A stretch of 64,000 nucleotides of DNA from Candidatus Latescibacterota bacterium. GTDB lineage: Bacteria; Latescibacterota; UBA2968; UBA8231. This document shows, one piece after another, positions 39,404 to 49,308 of this stretch. A model generated the notes under the pieces. That model ran no database searches. It worked only from the letters and a program-made list of their open reading frames with translations, and had not been told where the DNA came from. The position numbers were made by a program, and so were the translations under genes. Every line of letters starts with the position of its first letter. Position 1 is the stretch's first letter. The DNA is taken from contig OY730476.1 of the NCBI GenBank assembly GCA_963422735.1, positions 480,001 through 544,000 of the forward strand, given 5' to 3'.

Positions 39404-40093
39404 ATGGAACGAAAATTCGACCACCAATTAGACGAACTAAAACAGAACTTATTAAAAATGGGCGGGGCCGTTGAGGAGTCCATTGGGCAGGCCGTGCGCG
39501 CCCTCGTGGATCGCGACGACGAGCTAGTGCAGGCCGTGATTGAGGGTGGGAAGAGAATCGACGATTGGGAAATCGGCATTGAGGAGACCTGCTTGAAAAT
39601 GTTTGCGACCCAAGGGCCGATGGCCAGCGACCTGCGGCTGTTGGCCTGCGTCCTGAAAATCAACGAAGACCTAGAGCGGATCAACGACCAAGCCGTCAAC
39701 ATCGCCCAGCGCGCCGAGGTGCTCAACAAGCTGCCGCTCCTCAAGCCACTAATCGACATCCCGCGAATGTCCGAATTGGCGCAGAGCATGGTCAAGGACG
39801 CCCTCGATGCGTTCGTGCGCCGCGATGTGGAGCAAGCCCGCGCCGTCGGTCAGCGCGACGAGGAACTCGACCTGTTGCGCGACCAGATTTTTCGCGAGCT
39901 GCTGACGTACATGCACGCGCCGTCGATTGGGCCGGACACCATTGACCGCGGCATCTACCTGATCTTGGTGTCGCGACACCTCGAAAGAATCGGCGATCAC
40001 GCCTCCAACATCGCCGAGAACGTGGTGTTCCTCGTCGAAGGGCGCATCGTGCGACACGAAAAGGAAAGCTGGTGGGAAGAAAAAGACTCATGA
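39404..40093 (+). CDS. phoU: Phosphate signalling complex protein PhoU
   Basis: PMASDLR, DLERINDQAVNIA, LERIGDHASNIAE. Confidence 0.95.
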   Translation: MERKFDHQLDELKQNLLKMGGAVEESIGQAVRALVDRDDELVQAVIEGGKRIDDWEIGIEETCLKMFATQGPMASDLRLLACVLKINEDLERINDQAVNIAQRAEVLNKLPLLKPLIDIPRMSELAQSMVKDALDAFVRRDVEQARAVGQRDEELDLLRDQIFRELLTYMHAPSIGPDTIDRGIYLILVSRHLERIGDHASNIAENVVFLVEGRIVRHEKESWWEEKDS

Positions 40094-40782
40094 ACGACAA
40101 AATTCTAGTCGTCGAGGACGAGCCCGACATTCTCGCCTTGGTCTCGTACCATCTAGAACAATCCGGTTTTTCGGTCGTGCCAGCCGAGGACGAAGAGCAG
40201 GCCCTAAGCGCGATTGAGCAAAATCTGGTCTGCCTCGTAGTCTTGGATCTGATGCTGCCGGGCATTGGCGGCTTAGAGGTCTGCCGCTTCCTCAAGCAAA
40301 ACCCCCGCACTAAGGACATACCGGTCTTGATGCTGACAGCACGTGCCGGAGAAATCGACCGCATCGTCGGCTTGGAATTGGGTGCAGACGATTACTTGGT
40401 CAAGCCCTTTTCCCCGCGCGAGCTCGTTTTGCGCATCCGCGCCATCTTGCGCCGCGTCGAGGGTCGCGGCGAAGCGGAAGCCGCGCAGATCGTGGCTGGC
40501 CCCTTGGCCATTGATCCGGTGGGATGTCAGGTGCAACTCGACAGCGACCCCATCGAGTTGACGGCGACTGAGTTCAAGCTCTTGACGACCCTTGCGCAGC
40601 GGCGCGGGCGAGTGCAGTCGCGGGAGGAGTTGCTCAAGGTGGTGTGGGGCTACGAGTACATTGGCTATCACCGCACGGTTGATGCGCACATCCGCCGCCT
40701 GCGCGAAAAGCTCGGGGCGGCAGCCGAAATGGTCGAAACCGTGCGCGGCATGGGCTATCGCTTTCGCCGGGAGGGTCGCTAG
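40090..40782 (+). CDS. phoB: OmpR-family response regulator PhoB
   Basis: VVEDE, LDLMLP, GADDYLVKPF, RTVDAHIRRLR. Confidence 0.92.
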   Translation: MNDKILVVEDEPDILALVSYHLEQSGFSVVPAEDEEQALSAIEQNLVCLVVLDLMLPGIGGLEVCRFLKQNPRTKDIPVLMLTARAGEIDRIVGLELGADDYLVKPFSPRELVLRIRAILRRVEGRGEAEAAQIVAGPLAIDPVGCQVQLDSDPIELTATEFKLLTTLAQRRGRVQSREELLKVVWGYEYIGYHRTVDAHIRRLREKLGAAAEMVETVRGMGYRFRREGR

Positions 40783-42102
40783 GTGCGCCTCGGATGGATC
40801 TTGCTCCTGAGCAACGCGCTTCTGGCCGCGCTCGTCTGGTGGAGTGCTAACATCGCACTCGCGCTCGTGTTGGCCGCGCTCTGGGCTGGCGGCCAAATCT
40901 GGTTCTGGAGCCGCACTGCCCGCCGGCAGGGAGAGCGGCTGCGCCAGCTCGACGAAGTGGCCCTTGACGACCCGGCCCCGGCTTGGGTAGAGGCGTTCCA
41001 TCCCGAGCTTGTGCGCGCCCTAGAGGACCTCGCCGAGCGCATTCAACAGCACGTCGATCAACTAGAGAGCGAAAAGAACCGCTTAGAGGTCATCCTCGAA
41101 AGCATTACCGAGGCCATCTTGGTCATCGACCGCGATGGCCGGGTGGTGCTGGCCAACAAAGCGCTGGCCAACCTGTTTGGCTTAGACCCGCCGCTAGAGG
41201 GGCTATTGACCGCTGAGGTCGTGCGTTACGCGGCCATCCAGGACGCGCTGGCCGGGTGTTTGGCCGAAGGTCGAAGCCGAGAAATGGAAGTGGAACTGAC
41301 CGGTGCCCCGGAGTGCCATTTGGACATGCAGGTCGCGCCCGTCCTCGAAGGGAACAAGTGCATCGGCGCAGTGGCGGTCCTCTACGATATTACGCGCCTG
41401 CGCCAGCTAGAGCGGATGCGCCGCGACTTTGTCGCCAACGTGTCCCACGAGCTGTGTACCCCATTGACAGCCATCAAGGGCTATGCCGAAATTTTGTCCG
41501 ACGGTGCGCTCGACGACCGGGCGACGGCACGCCGCTTCACCGGCATCATCGAGAATCACGCCGACCGCCTGACGCACTTGCTCGGCGACTTGCTCGACTT
41601 GTCGCGGCTGGAGTCAGATCAACTGGAGGTCGAGCTGGTCCCTTGCGAGTTAAAGCCCTTGGTCGATACGTCCGTTGGTTCGGTCAGCCAAGCGGCCACG
41701 CAAAAGCAAGTCGCCATTCATTGCGACATTTCGCCATCTGTCAAGGTGATCTGCGACCCCAAGTTGATCGAACAAGCCCTCATAAACTTGCTCGACAACG
41801 CCGTCAAGTACACGCCCGCCGGCGGGAAAGTCCGCATTGGTACGCGGTCTGTAGAGGGCGCTGATCGCCTGGCGATTTACGTCGAAGATACCGGCATTGG
41901 CATCCCCTCCGAGGACTTGGGCCGGATTTTCGAGCGCTTCTACCGGGTTGACAAGGGGCGCTCGCGCGCCCTCGGCGGCACTGGACTCGGGTTAGCCATC
42001 GTGCGCCACATCGCCGAGGTCCACGGCGAGCAAGTGACCGTGCAGAGCAAGTTAGGGGCGGGGACGATCTTCAGCTTTGAGTTGCAGGGCCGTGGTGCCT
42101 AA
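40783..42102 (+). CDS. phoR: Sensor histidine kinase PhoR
   Basis: PAS domain, FVANVSHELCTP, NLLDNAVKY, FYRVDKGRSR, GGTGLGLAI. Confidence 0.92.
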   Translation: MRLGWILLLSNALLAALVWWSANIALALVLAALWAGGQIWFWSRTARRQGERLRQLDEVALDDPAPAWVEAFHPELVRALEDLAERIQQHVDQLESEKNRLEVILESITEAILVIDRDGRVVLANKALANLFGLDPPLEGLLTAEVVRYAAIQDALAGCLAEGRSREMEVELTGAPECHLDMQVAPVLEGNKCIGAVAVLYDITRLRQLERMRRDFVANVSHELCTPLTAIKGYAEILSDGALDDRATARRFTGIIENHADRLTHLLGDLLDLSRLESDQLEVELVPCELKPLVDTSVGSVSQAATQKQVAIHCDISPSVKVICDPKLIEQALINLLDNAVKYTPAGGKVRIGTRSVEGADRLAIYVEDTGIGIPSEDLGRIFERFYRVDKGRSRALGGTGLGLAIVRHIAEVHGEQVTVQSKLGAGTIFSFELQGRGA

Positions 42103-42457
42103 AGTTGCGATATTGCGCTGGGCATTGGCTGCTTTAGCGGCTGGCTGCGCTGGCGAGAGCGACGACGGCGCGGTGGGCAAGGCCCTCTTTACCCGCAATG
42201 GGTGCGCGGTGTGCCACGGCCCGGAAGGTCGCGGCGATGGCCAGATAGCAGCGACGCTCCAGCCGCCCCCCCGCGATTTCCGCGATCCCGCAGCCTACAA
42301 AAACGGCCACAGCAAGGCAGCCATCGCCCGAACGATTCAGAAGGGAATGCCCGCTACTGCCATGCCGGGCTATCCACATCTCTCGGCGGAGGAACGCGAG
42401 CGGATTGCCGCTTATATCCGCTCTTTGCTAAAGAAGAAAAATGAAGACACGCCTTAG
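42095..42457 (+). CDS. Monoheme cytochrome c lipoprotein
   Basis: AAGC lipobox, CAVCH, TAMP distal Met. Confidence 0.8.
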   Translation: MPKVAILRWALAALAAGCAGESDDGAVGKALFTRNGCAVCHGPEGRGDGQIAATLQPPPRDFRDPAAYKNGHSKAAIARTIQKGMPATAMPGYPHLSAEERERIAAYIRSLLKKKNEDTP

Positions 42458-43535
42458 CTTTTCGCTCACATTCGCACTCGTTCTGTTGTCTTTTGCCACC
42501 CCCAGTCCAGTTCTCGCCCACAAGCTCAACACCAGTTACACGAATTTGATCGCGGAAGAAGCTGCGCTCAAAGTGCGCGTGCGCATGGACGATTTCGACC
42601 TCCTGAAAGTTGGCATCGATCAAAACGGGGACAGCCTGCTGTTCTACGAAGAGATGGTGGCCGGCCTCGACGACATGTTTGCCTTTGTCGAAGGGCAGAT
42701 GCGCCTGCGGGCCAACGGCCAGCCGCTCACCCTCGTGCGCGACAGGGGGGACATTACCCCGGACAACAAGGACAATATGTTTGCCAACTTGTACTTCAGC
42801 GCCGAGTTGGAGGATCCAGTTGGCGAGCTGGAGGTCTGGATCGGCTGGCCGGCGCACTTTGGGGACGCGCACAAAAACTTGGCCAGAATCACGTTGCCCG
42901 GTCAGCCGCTCGTCCAAGCCGTGTTTTCGGCGGAATCGCCTCAGCAGACCTTTGCCGGGCAAAAGTCGCTGTGGGAGCATATATACGAGTTCACGGTCCT
43001 CGGGGTGGAGCACATTTTTCTCGGCTACGACCACGTCATGTTTCTGCTGGCACTGATCGTGGTGGGCGGTCGGCTACTCAGTTTGGTCAAGGTCGTCACC
43101 GCCTTCACTGTTGCCCACAGCATCACCCTCTGCTTGGCGGCCCTTGAAGTCGTCCGCCTGCCGAGCGAGTGGATCGAGGCTGGCATCGCCTCGAGCATCG
43201 TGTACGTCGCGGTGGAAAATTTCTGGCTCAAGCGCACGGATTACCGCTGGATGATCACCTTTGCCTTTGGGCTGGTCCACGGGTTTGGCTTTGCCAGTGT
43301 ACTGCGCGAGTTGGGGCTGCCCACGCGAGGGCTAGTCACTTCGCTGTTTGCGTTCAACGCCGGCGTGGAAATCGGCCAAGTAGCCATTGTCGCGCTCGTC
43401 TTTCCGTTGGTTGCTTGGCTCAGCCGGCAGCCCTATCAGCGCAAGGTAGTTTTGGGGGTGTCGGCCGTTATTGGGCTTTTCGGATTGGGCTGGTTTATAG
43501 AGCGGGTTTTTGAACTGGAATACATGCCGCTGTAA
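42441..43535 (+). CDS. HupE/UreJ family protein with periplasmic N-terminal domain
   Basis: LGVEHIFLGYDH, TAFTVAHSITL, FGLVHGFGFA, FNAGVEIGQ. Confidence 0.88.
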   Translation: MKTRLSFSLTFALVLLSFATPSPVLAHKLNTSYTNLIAEEAALKVRVRMDDFDLLKVGIDQNGDSLLFYEEMVAGLDDMFAFVEGQMRLRANGQPLTLVRDRGDITPDNKDNMFANLYFSAELEDPVGELEVWIGWPAHFGDAHKNLARITLPGQPLVQAVFSAESPQQTFAGQKSLWEHIYEFTVLGVEHIFLGYDHVMFLLALIVVGGRLLSLVKVVTAFTVAHSITLCLAALEVVRLPSEWIEAGIASSIVYVAVENFWLKRTDYRWMITFAFGLVHGFGFASVLRELGLPTRGLVTSLFAFNAGVEIGQVAIVALVFPLVAWLSRQPYQRKVVLGVSAVIGLFGLGWFIERVFELEYMPL

Positions 43536-43890
43536 GGCTTGTTACTCGGTCGATTATCACCAGCAAGAAGCAGAAATCATTAAACAAGGGCAGGAGCCAT
43601 AAAGCACAGAAGGAAAGCGGATCGCGGCATGGTCCCTTGGCTAAACGACGAGCAAGAGTCGCTGTTATTGGAGTATAAGCGGAGTATTGAGCGGCGGGAA
43701 GAACAGCGAAGGGCAGAGCAAGAGCGGCTCAGGTTCTCTAATCTTTTTGAACTGTCTAGGAAGGCTATGAATACCGAGCTAAGTGTATGTTTCCCGCTTC
43801 CGAAACTGAATGAGGACGACATATAGCTTGTCGAAAAATGGTACCCTTCGGGGAAAACTGGACTACATGCCGCAGTGAGCGTCGGCGGCG

Positions 43891-44077
43891 AAAAATCGGC
43901 GAATGAGCCGTCCTCGGGGTGGCGATGCATCGTCCGCTGCCGCTAGGGATTGTGGTGGTTGGCCGCCTTTAGGCTCGCTGGGTTGATCTCCACGTCCAGC
44001 CTCGGCCCTCGGACAGTCCCACAAATCCATCCTTCATTTGCAAGAGGGCTATGATGAAGTTGGGGTTCCGGCAGCGA
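43891..44077 (-). pseudogene. Diverged duplicate of the 3' end of the dehydratase gene at 44808-45938
   Basis: Aligns with about 44811-45035 (shared CACAAATCCATCCTTCATTTGCAA and GCATCGTCCGCTGCCG); contains a nonsense codon and deletions. Confidence 0.9.
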
Positions 44078-44079
44078 AC

Positions 44080-44397
44080 TCAACTGGCTGTTTTTTGCAG
44101 GGGTTCAAAAGAGACTTGAACCTGTTTGTTCAAGGCGGCGGCGATTCGCCGAAGCATGGCAAGTGGGTCCCCTTCGTAGTCTGCGTTTTCAAGTTTACAT
44201 ATCGCAGATGTTGATGTACCGCTCTTTTTTGCCAATGCCCGTTGGGATAGGCCAAGTTGAGTTCTGAGTTGATAGAGTTCAGCAGCGACTTCGGCGCCTA
44301 TCCGTTCTTTCTTGACTAGGACTTCCATTTCCGAATCGCCCTCAATATAGTGCTTGTGAAGAATATCCACGGCATCTGTGGTCTTTTTGGCGTCCAT
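44080..44397 (-). CDS. XRE-family HTH antitoxin (HigA-like)
   Basis: LRTQLGLSQRALAKKSGTSTSAICKLENADYEG. Confidence 0.85.
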   Translation of the reverse strand: MDAKKTTDAVDILHKHYIEGDSEMEVLVKKERIGAEVAAELYQLRTQLGLSQRALAKKSGTSTSAICKLENADYEGDPLAMLRRIAAALNKQVQVSFEPLQKTAS

Positions 44398-44771
44398 TAT
44401 CCATTCTCCTCCGAATAGGTGTGTTGCTCGGGGTTATGCTCGAAGGTTCTTTTTCTTTGCATAGCGAGGTCGATTTCTGCGGGAGGTATGCGCTGGCCTT
44501 TAACAATTCTGTGTGAGATCACAGCGGTATTTCGCCGATAAAAAAAGTAGAGAAGCCGATACTGAACGCTGCGGTACGCAATGCGAAGCTCGTAAATATC
44601 GTCTCTCAAATAGTCGGCTTCAGGTCTCCTAAGTTCATGCCCTAATTCTCTAAGTCGCTCGATTTTCACGATACATTTGGCTCTGATCTTAGGGAATAGA
44701 TCGTCGAGCCAAGTCAGGACCGGAATGGTTCCGTTCGCATCTTGATAGAATATAACTTGGATTTGCGGCAT
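44397..44771 (-). CDS. RelE/ParE (Gp49/HigB-like) toxin
   Basis: LRRPEADYLRDDIYELR, YRLLYFF; toxin-first order with 1-nt overlap. Confidence 0.88.
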   Translation of the reverse strand: MPQIQVIFYQDANGTIPVLTWLDDLFPKIRAKCIVKIERLRELGHELRRPEADYLRDDIYELRIAYRSVQYRLLYFFYRRNTAVISHRIVKGQRIPPAEIDLAMQRKRTFEHNPEQHTYSEENG

Positions 44772-44807
44772 TGAGTATTGCGGTTTTTCTAACTCTAATC
44801 TCCAATT

Positions 44808-45938
44808 CTAAAAATCCGCGAATGAACCGTCTTCTGGGTGGCGGCGCATCGTCCGCTGCCGCCAAGGCCCGCGGTGGGTAGCCGCCTCTAACCCTTCTGG
44901 GTCAATCTCCACACCCAGCCCCGGTCCTCGGGGCAATTCCACAAATCCATCCTTCATTTGCAAAGGGTTGGTAAAAAATCCTTCGCCGCCACCGCCACCG
45001 TATTCCATGATGAGGAAGTTGGGCGTACCGGCCATCGCGTGTACGGAGGCGACGATGCCGAGGGGGTCGGCGGCGTTGTGAGGCGCGACGGCGATCTCGT
45101 GGACTTCGGCTAAGGCGGCAATCTTCTTCATTTCGAGTAGGCCGCCGCAGTGGCGGATATCGGGTTGGATGATGGCTGCGGCCTTGCGCTCGCACAATTC
45201 GCGGAAGCCCCAGCGGGTGGCGCAGCGCTCGCCGGTGGCGATGGGGATGGAAGTCGAGTGCGTCAGTTCTAGCAGGGGGCCGATATGGTCGGTGGAACGG
45301 GTTGGTTCCTCAACGAAGAGTGGCTTTAGGGACTCGAGTTCGCGCAGGAGTACTTTGGCCAACGCCGGGCTGGTGGCGCGGTGGAAGTCGATGGCGATGT
45401 CGATATCGGGGCCGACGGCTTCGCGCATGGCCGCGATCAGGGACGCGACCCGCTCGATTCCCGCTGGGGTCTCGATGGGGCGCACAGGGTCGGGGAAGGG
45501 GGTGGTCTTGAGTGCTGTAAAGCCTTCTTCGACGCGCTGGCGGGCGGCTTGGGCGGCTTGCTCTGGGGTGGGGCCTCCGGCCGCTCCATAGACTCGGATT
45601 CTCTCGCGCACCGATCCGCCCAATAGCTGCCACACGGGTAGGCCAACGGTTTTGCCCAGCAAGTCTAGGCAGGCCATTTCTATGCCGCTGAGAGCCGCCA
45701 ACAGGATCGGCATTTGGCGGGAATAGCTGGAACGGTAGAGAGTCTGCCAGTGGTCTTCGATTTGCAGCGGATCGCGGCCGATCAGGTAATCGCCCATGTC
45801 GAGGATAGCCCGCTCCACCGTGCGGCCGTGCTCGTAGTTCATGGGCGCGCCCAAGCCCGTGAGACTGGCGTCGGTTTCGACTTGGAGCAAGAGGCCGCGA
45901 TTGTTGAGCGGCGTAACGTTGAAGCGGGTTATTTTCAT
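44808..45938 (-). CDS. Mandelate racemase/enolase-superfamily dehydratase (DgoD-like)
   Basis: IAIDFH, FVEEP, ATGER, QPDIRHCGG, APHN, PGLGVE. Confidence 0.9.
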   Translation of the reverse strand: MKITRFNVTPLNNRGLLLQVETDASLTGLGAPMNYEHGRTVERAILDMGDYLIGRDPLQIEDHWQTLYRSSYSRQMPILLAALSGIEMACLDLLGKTVGLPVWQLLGGSVRERIRVYGAAGGPTPEQAAQAARQRVEEGFTALKTTPFPDPVRPIETPAGIERVASLIAAMREAVGPDIDIAIDFHRATSPALAKVLLRELESLKPLFVEEPTRSTDHIGPLLELTHSTSIPIATGERCATRWGFRELCERKAAAIIQPDIRHCGGLLEMKKIAALAEVHEIAVAPHNAADPLGIVASVHAMAGTPNFLIMEYGGGGGEGFFTNPLQMKDGFVELPRGPGLGVEIDPEGLEAATHRGPWRQRTMRRHPEDGSFADF

Positions 45939-46918
45939 TGCAGCCAGCCCTTGACTCGTGGATGGTCGAGGACTTCCGGGTTGAGGATGTGTTCGGGCTG
46001 GCGACCGGCGATGGCTGCTTCTACTTGCTCGATGCTCTTCGCGTCGAGGCGCATGGTGGATTCGACTGTAATGCCGGCGTTGTGGTTGGTGCAGATGATG
46101 CGGGGGTGATCCTTGTGGATGGCGCGGGTGTCGTTGACCGGATCGTCAACTACGTAGTAATAGAGTTTTTCCTCCTCGATGGCGCGGAGGACGTCCTCGT
46201 CGTTGACGAGATTGCCCCGCGAGGGATTGATCAGCGAGGCATGGGACTGCATCAGGCTGAGCAGGTCGTAGTGGACGATGGTATCGTCGCCCGAGACGTG
46301 GAGCGAGACCGTGTCGCACTCGCTGAACAGCGCTTGGGGTGAGTCGGCGACTTCGGCCCCGTATTGGGCGGCGATGTCGGCGATGTCGGGGCGGGTGTCA
46401 TAGACGAGCAGGCGACCGCCCGCGTCCAAGAGCGGCACGGCGCGCTTGGCCACCTCTTGGCCGATGCGACCGCAGCCGTACAGGCCGAGGGTGGTGTGTT
46501 GGGCCTCATAGGTGCGGATGATGGAGAAATTGCCCCGGTGGGAGAGGTGATTGAGGGTATAGACCCGCTTGAGGGTGGCCATCCACTGGGCGATGGCGTA
46601 TTCGGCGACGGCGTCCATGTGGACCGGCGTCACGGTGATAATTACGCCGTGGCGCGTGGCTTCTGGGACATTGACCTTGTCAAAGCCGACGCCCCAGCGG
46701 GCGACGATGCGCAAATCCTCGGCGGCTGCGTAAAATTCATCCGTATAGGCCGATGAACTGGCGATAGAGGCGATCAGGTCCGGGGCGTCGAAGGCGGTGA
46801 GGACGGCTGGCTCCGGGATGAGGGTGCCTAGGGAGCGGAGGTGTGCGAGGCCCTGTTCGCGCTCGCTGGAAGCGAATTCGGCGTTTTGGAACTGGGCGGT
46901 GAGCATGATGTTCGGCAT
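45935..46918 (-). CDS. D-isomer-specific 2-hydroxyacid dehydrogenase
   Basis: RWGVGFD, GCGRIG, INPSRG, TNHNAG. Confidence 0.85.
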   Translation of the reverse strand: MPNIMLTAQFQNAEFASSEREQGLAHLRSLGTLIPEPAVLTAFDAPDLIASIASSSAYTDEFYAAAEDLRIVARWGVGFDKVNVPEATRHGVIITVTPVHMDAVAEYAIAQWMATLKRVYTLNHLSHRGNFSIIRTYEAQHTTLGLYGCGRIGQEVAKRAVPLLDAGGRLLVYDTRPDIADIAAQYGAEVADSPQALFSECDTVSLHVSGDDTIVHYDLLSLMQSHASLINPSRGNLVNDEDVLRAIEEEKLYYYVVDDPVNDTRAIHKDHPRIICTNHNAGITVESTMRLDAKSIEQVEAAIAGRQPEHILNPEVLDHPRVKGWLQ

Positions 46919-46939
46919 GGATATTCCCTTGAAGTTGCA

Positions 46940-47170
46940 GCGATACTTTTAAGTGCTCGTGCAGCCAACCGACCGCCGCGTCCCAATTGGCTTTATCAGA
47001 AACGTCGATAGACAAACTTTTTTCTGCAATCCACCCGTTCTCCTTGTTGATTTCAACCCACTTTTCGTCTAGCCTAACGCTAACTTCCTTTGCTTTTGAG
47101 ACGGCCAAATTCAGCGGTCATCTTTTCGCTTTCTAACGACAGGTGAATGAGTTGCCTTCGCACATATAAA
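46940..47170 (-). pseudogene. Low-GC gene fragment, possibly DUF4268-like
   Basis: SIDVSDKANWDAAVGWLHEHL resembles DUF4268 C-termini; weak match. Confidence 0.3.
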
Positions 47171-47178
47171 CCGGAAAA

Positions 47179-48051
47179 CTACTCCAGCTCATCTGCGGCT
47201 GGAATTGAATCCATAGCTCCCGGGCGGGTGACGGATAAGGCCGCGGCCTGCACGGCGCGGGTCATGGACTCTCGCGCCGTCATGTCGGCGATCAGGCCCT
47301 GAAGAAAATAGCCGATGAAGGTGTCTCCCGCCCCCGTCGTATCTATTGCTTCGATATGCGGTGCTAGAAGGTGGAATTCCTCGCGGTGGGTGCGGTATTG
47401 GACGCCGGCTGCGCCGAGGGTGAGGACGATTGCGGCGTATGGATAGGCAGCGGCAAGAGCGGCGAGAGCCTGCTCAGGGGTTTCTGCATCGACAAGGCTT
47501 TGGGCCTCAGTTTGATTGACCACGAGCCAATTAATGAGTTCGAGCGGGTAATCACGTACCTCTGGGCCGCAGGGCGCGGGATTTAAGCAGATGCGTAGCT
47601 CCCGTTTAGCGGCTGCGGCGATGATATACGGGATGTCATTTATCTCGTTCTGCAAAAGGAGTATATCCCTACGACCAAAATGGGATAGTGCAGCGTCTAT
47701 GGCCCCTTTGTCTATTTGGGCATTGGCCCCGGCGAAGAGGACGATGCTGTTTTGGCCTTGGCGATCAACTTGGATAATGGCGTGGCCGGTAGGTACATCG
47801 CCGACGCGGATGTGCTGCACATCCACGCCCAGCCCAGCCAATTTATCGACCAGCCATTGCCCGTCTGGCCCGACTTGGCCGGCGTGAAAGACGCTCGCGC
47901 CAGCGCGAGCAAGAGCCGCTGATTGATTGGCCCCCTTGCCGCCGGCAAAGACTTGGTGCGCCGAGCTGGCGATAGTCTCGCCCGGGCGGGCGATGTGCTC
48001 GACGCGATAGACGAGGTCGATGTTGAGCGAGCCGAAGTTGAGGATGGTCAT
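47179..48051 (-). CDS. rbsK: Ribokinase (PfkB family)
   Basis: FGSLNIDLV, GGKGANQ, LQNE, DTTGAGDTF. Confidence 0.9.
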   Translation of the reverse strand: MTILNFGSLNIDLVYRVEHIARPGETIASSAHQVFAGGKGANQSAALARAGASVFHAGQVGPDGQWLVDKLAGLGVDVQHIRVGDVPTGHAIIQVDRQGQNSIVLFAGANAQIDKGAIDAALSHFGRRDILLLQNEINDIPYIIAAAAKRELRICLNPAPCGPEVRDYPLELINWLVVNQTEAQSLVDAETPEQALAALAAAYPYAAIVLTLGAAGVQYRTHREEFHLLAPHIEAIDTTGAGDTFIGYFLQGLIADMTARESMTRAVQAAALSVTRPGAMDSIPAADELE

Positions 48052-48084
48052 TGGGTTTGATAAAACGCCTCTAAGTCCCGTAGC

Positions 48085-48205
48085 ATCTTTAACGCTATCA
48101 GGCGATTTGCTGAATATCTCATACGCTTCTATCCCAAAGTCAAAACTGCTTGAAATATCCAGCGTAACGTGAGCTTTTCGATGTCCTCGATTTCATTCGA
48201 GGATG
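48085..48205 (-). pseudogene. N-terminal remnant of an SfiI-family restriction endonuclease
   Basis: IEDIEKLTLRWIFQAV / DFGIEAYEIFSKSPDSVKD (frameshifted), recalled as similar to SfiI-family N-termini. Confidence 0.4.
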
Positions 48206-48208
48206 ATG

Positions 48209-48952
48209 TTATTTGGCTGTCGCCTCTCGGTAGGCAGCCTGCGCCGTGGCTTCCAAAAATCGCATATCGTTGCTGAGATCAATAAACTGGAAGCCCTCGG
48301 CGACGCGCTGTTTGACTTCGCTGGAGTCCTTGACCGGGATGCCGCTGGGCTTACCGGCTTGGGCGCAGCCGACGCGGAAAGCCTGTAAGGCGGCCTCGTG
48401 GTCGGGGTGGCCGGCGGCGACGCCCATGGACATGGCCAAGTCGCCCGGCCCGAGAAAGCCGATATCGACGCCTTTAACGCGGGCGATGGCCTCGGCATTT
48501 TCAATACCCTCCATGTCCTCGATCTGCGGGATGCAGAGGACGGCGTCGTCAAAGTGCTGGCGATAATCCGGGGCCAACGTGACGCAGCGGCCGGTGCCCA
48601 CCGACCGGTTGCCGCGCGGTGGGTAGCGCACGGCTTGGGCTAGCTTTTCGGCCTGTTCCGGGGTGCTGACGTGCGGAAAGACTAAGCCCCAAGCCCCGGC
48701 GTCGAGCAGGCGGGCGGCCGTGGTCGGGTCGTGGTCCCAGGCGCGGGCCAAGGGCAGGGCACCACGCGCTTCGATGGCGCGGAAGGTGTGGGCGATGTAG
48801 CCGAGGTCAAAGGCCGAGTGCTCGGCATCGACTACCAGCCATTTGAAGCCAGCCGCTGCCAAGACTTCGGCTGCCAACGGAGAGGTTAGGTTGAGCCAAG
48901 AGCCGATGGAAGGGTGCCCGGCGGCAAGTTGTTCTTTGATGGGATTTTGCAT
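48209..48952 (-). CDS. HpcH/HpaI aldolase family protein
   Basis: VVDAEHS, LLDAGAWG, RYPPRGNRS, QIED, LGPGDL. Confidence 0.9.
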   Translation of the reverse strand: MQNPIKEQLAAGHPSIGSWLNLTSPLAAEVLAAAGFKWLVVDAEHSAFDLGYIAHTFRAIEARGALPLARAWDHDPTTAARLLDAGAWGLVFPHVSTPEQAEKLAQAVRYPPRGNRSVGTGRCVTLAPDYRQHFDDAVLCIPQIEDMEGIENAEAIARVKGVDIGFLGPGDLAMSMGVAAGHPDHEAALQAFRVGCAQAGKPSGIPVKDSSEVKQRVAEGFQFIDLSNDMRFLEATAQAAYREATAK

Positions 48953-49011
48953 GGAATACCTCGCCTGTGGATGCAATTGCGTTTGAGGTCTGAAGGCCGG
49001 CAGCGAGTGTC

Positions 49012-49270
49012 TCATCTCCGAACTTCTAACCACTGCTTCAAGGACTCTTGGCTCTCCCAGAGGGCCTACCCGCTAACAAGCCCTCCACGCTGATATCCTC
49101 GTCTGGTCGGGCCAGTGGATTCCTTGACCTACACCGATAAGCCGCCGGTTGCGTCTTTCTGCAGGTGTCGCATTCACTAGCCTCGGATACCAAGCCAACG
49201 GAACGGAGATGGTCCGCCCGTCGGAGAGATCCGCCATCAGGGTATCGTCGGTAACTTCCAAGTACTCAGC
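49012..49270 (-). pseudogene. DUF2442 protein, frameshifted and 5' truncated
   Basis: LSDGRTISVPLAWYPRL...GIHWPD / EDISVEGLLAGRPSGES. Confidence 0.75.
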
Positions 49271-49308
49271 TTCCGGTAACTTCCCGCCTTTCGCTCATTT
49301 GTGTACGC

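Noticed and set aside
43540-43890. 65-aa ORF 43629-43826 as a real gene
   Set aside because: No recognisable motif or clear RBS; probably another low-GC fragment.
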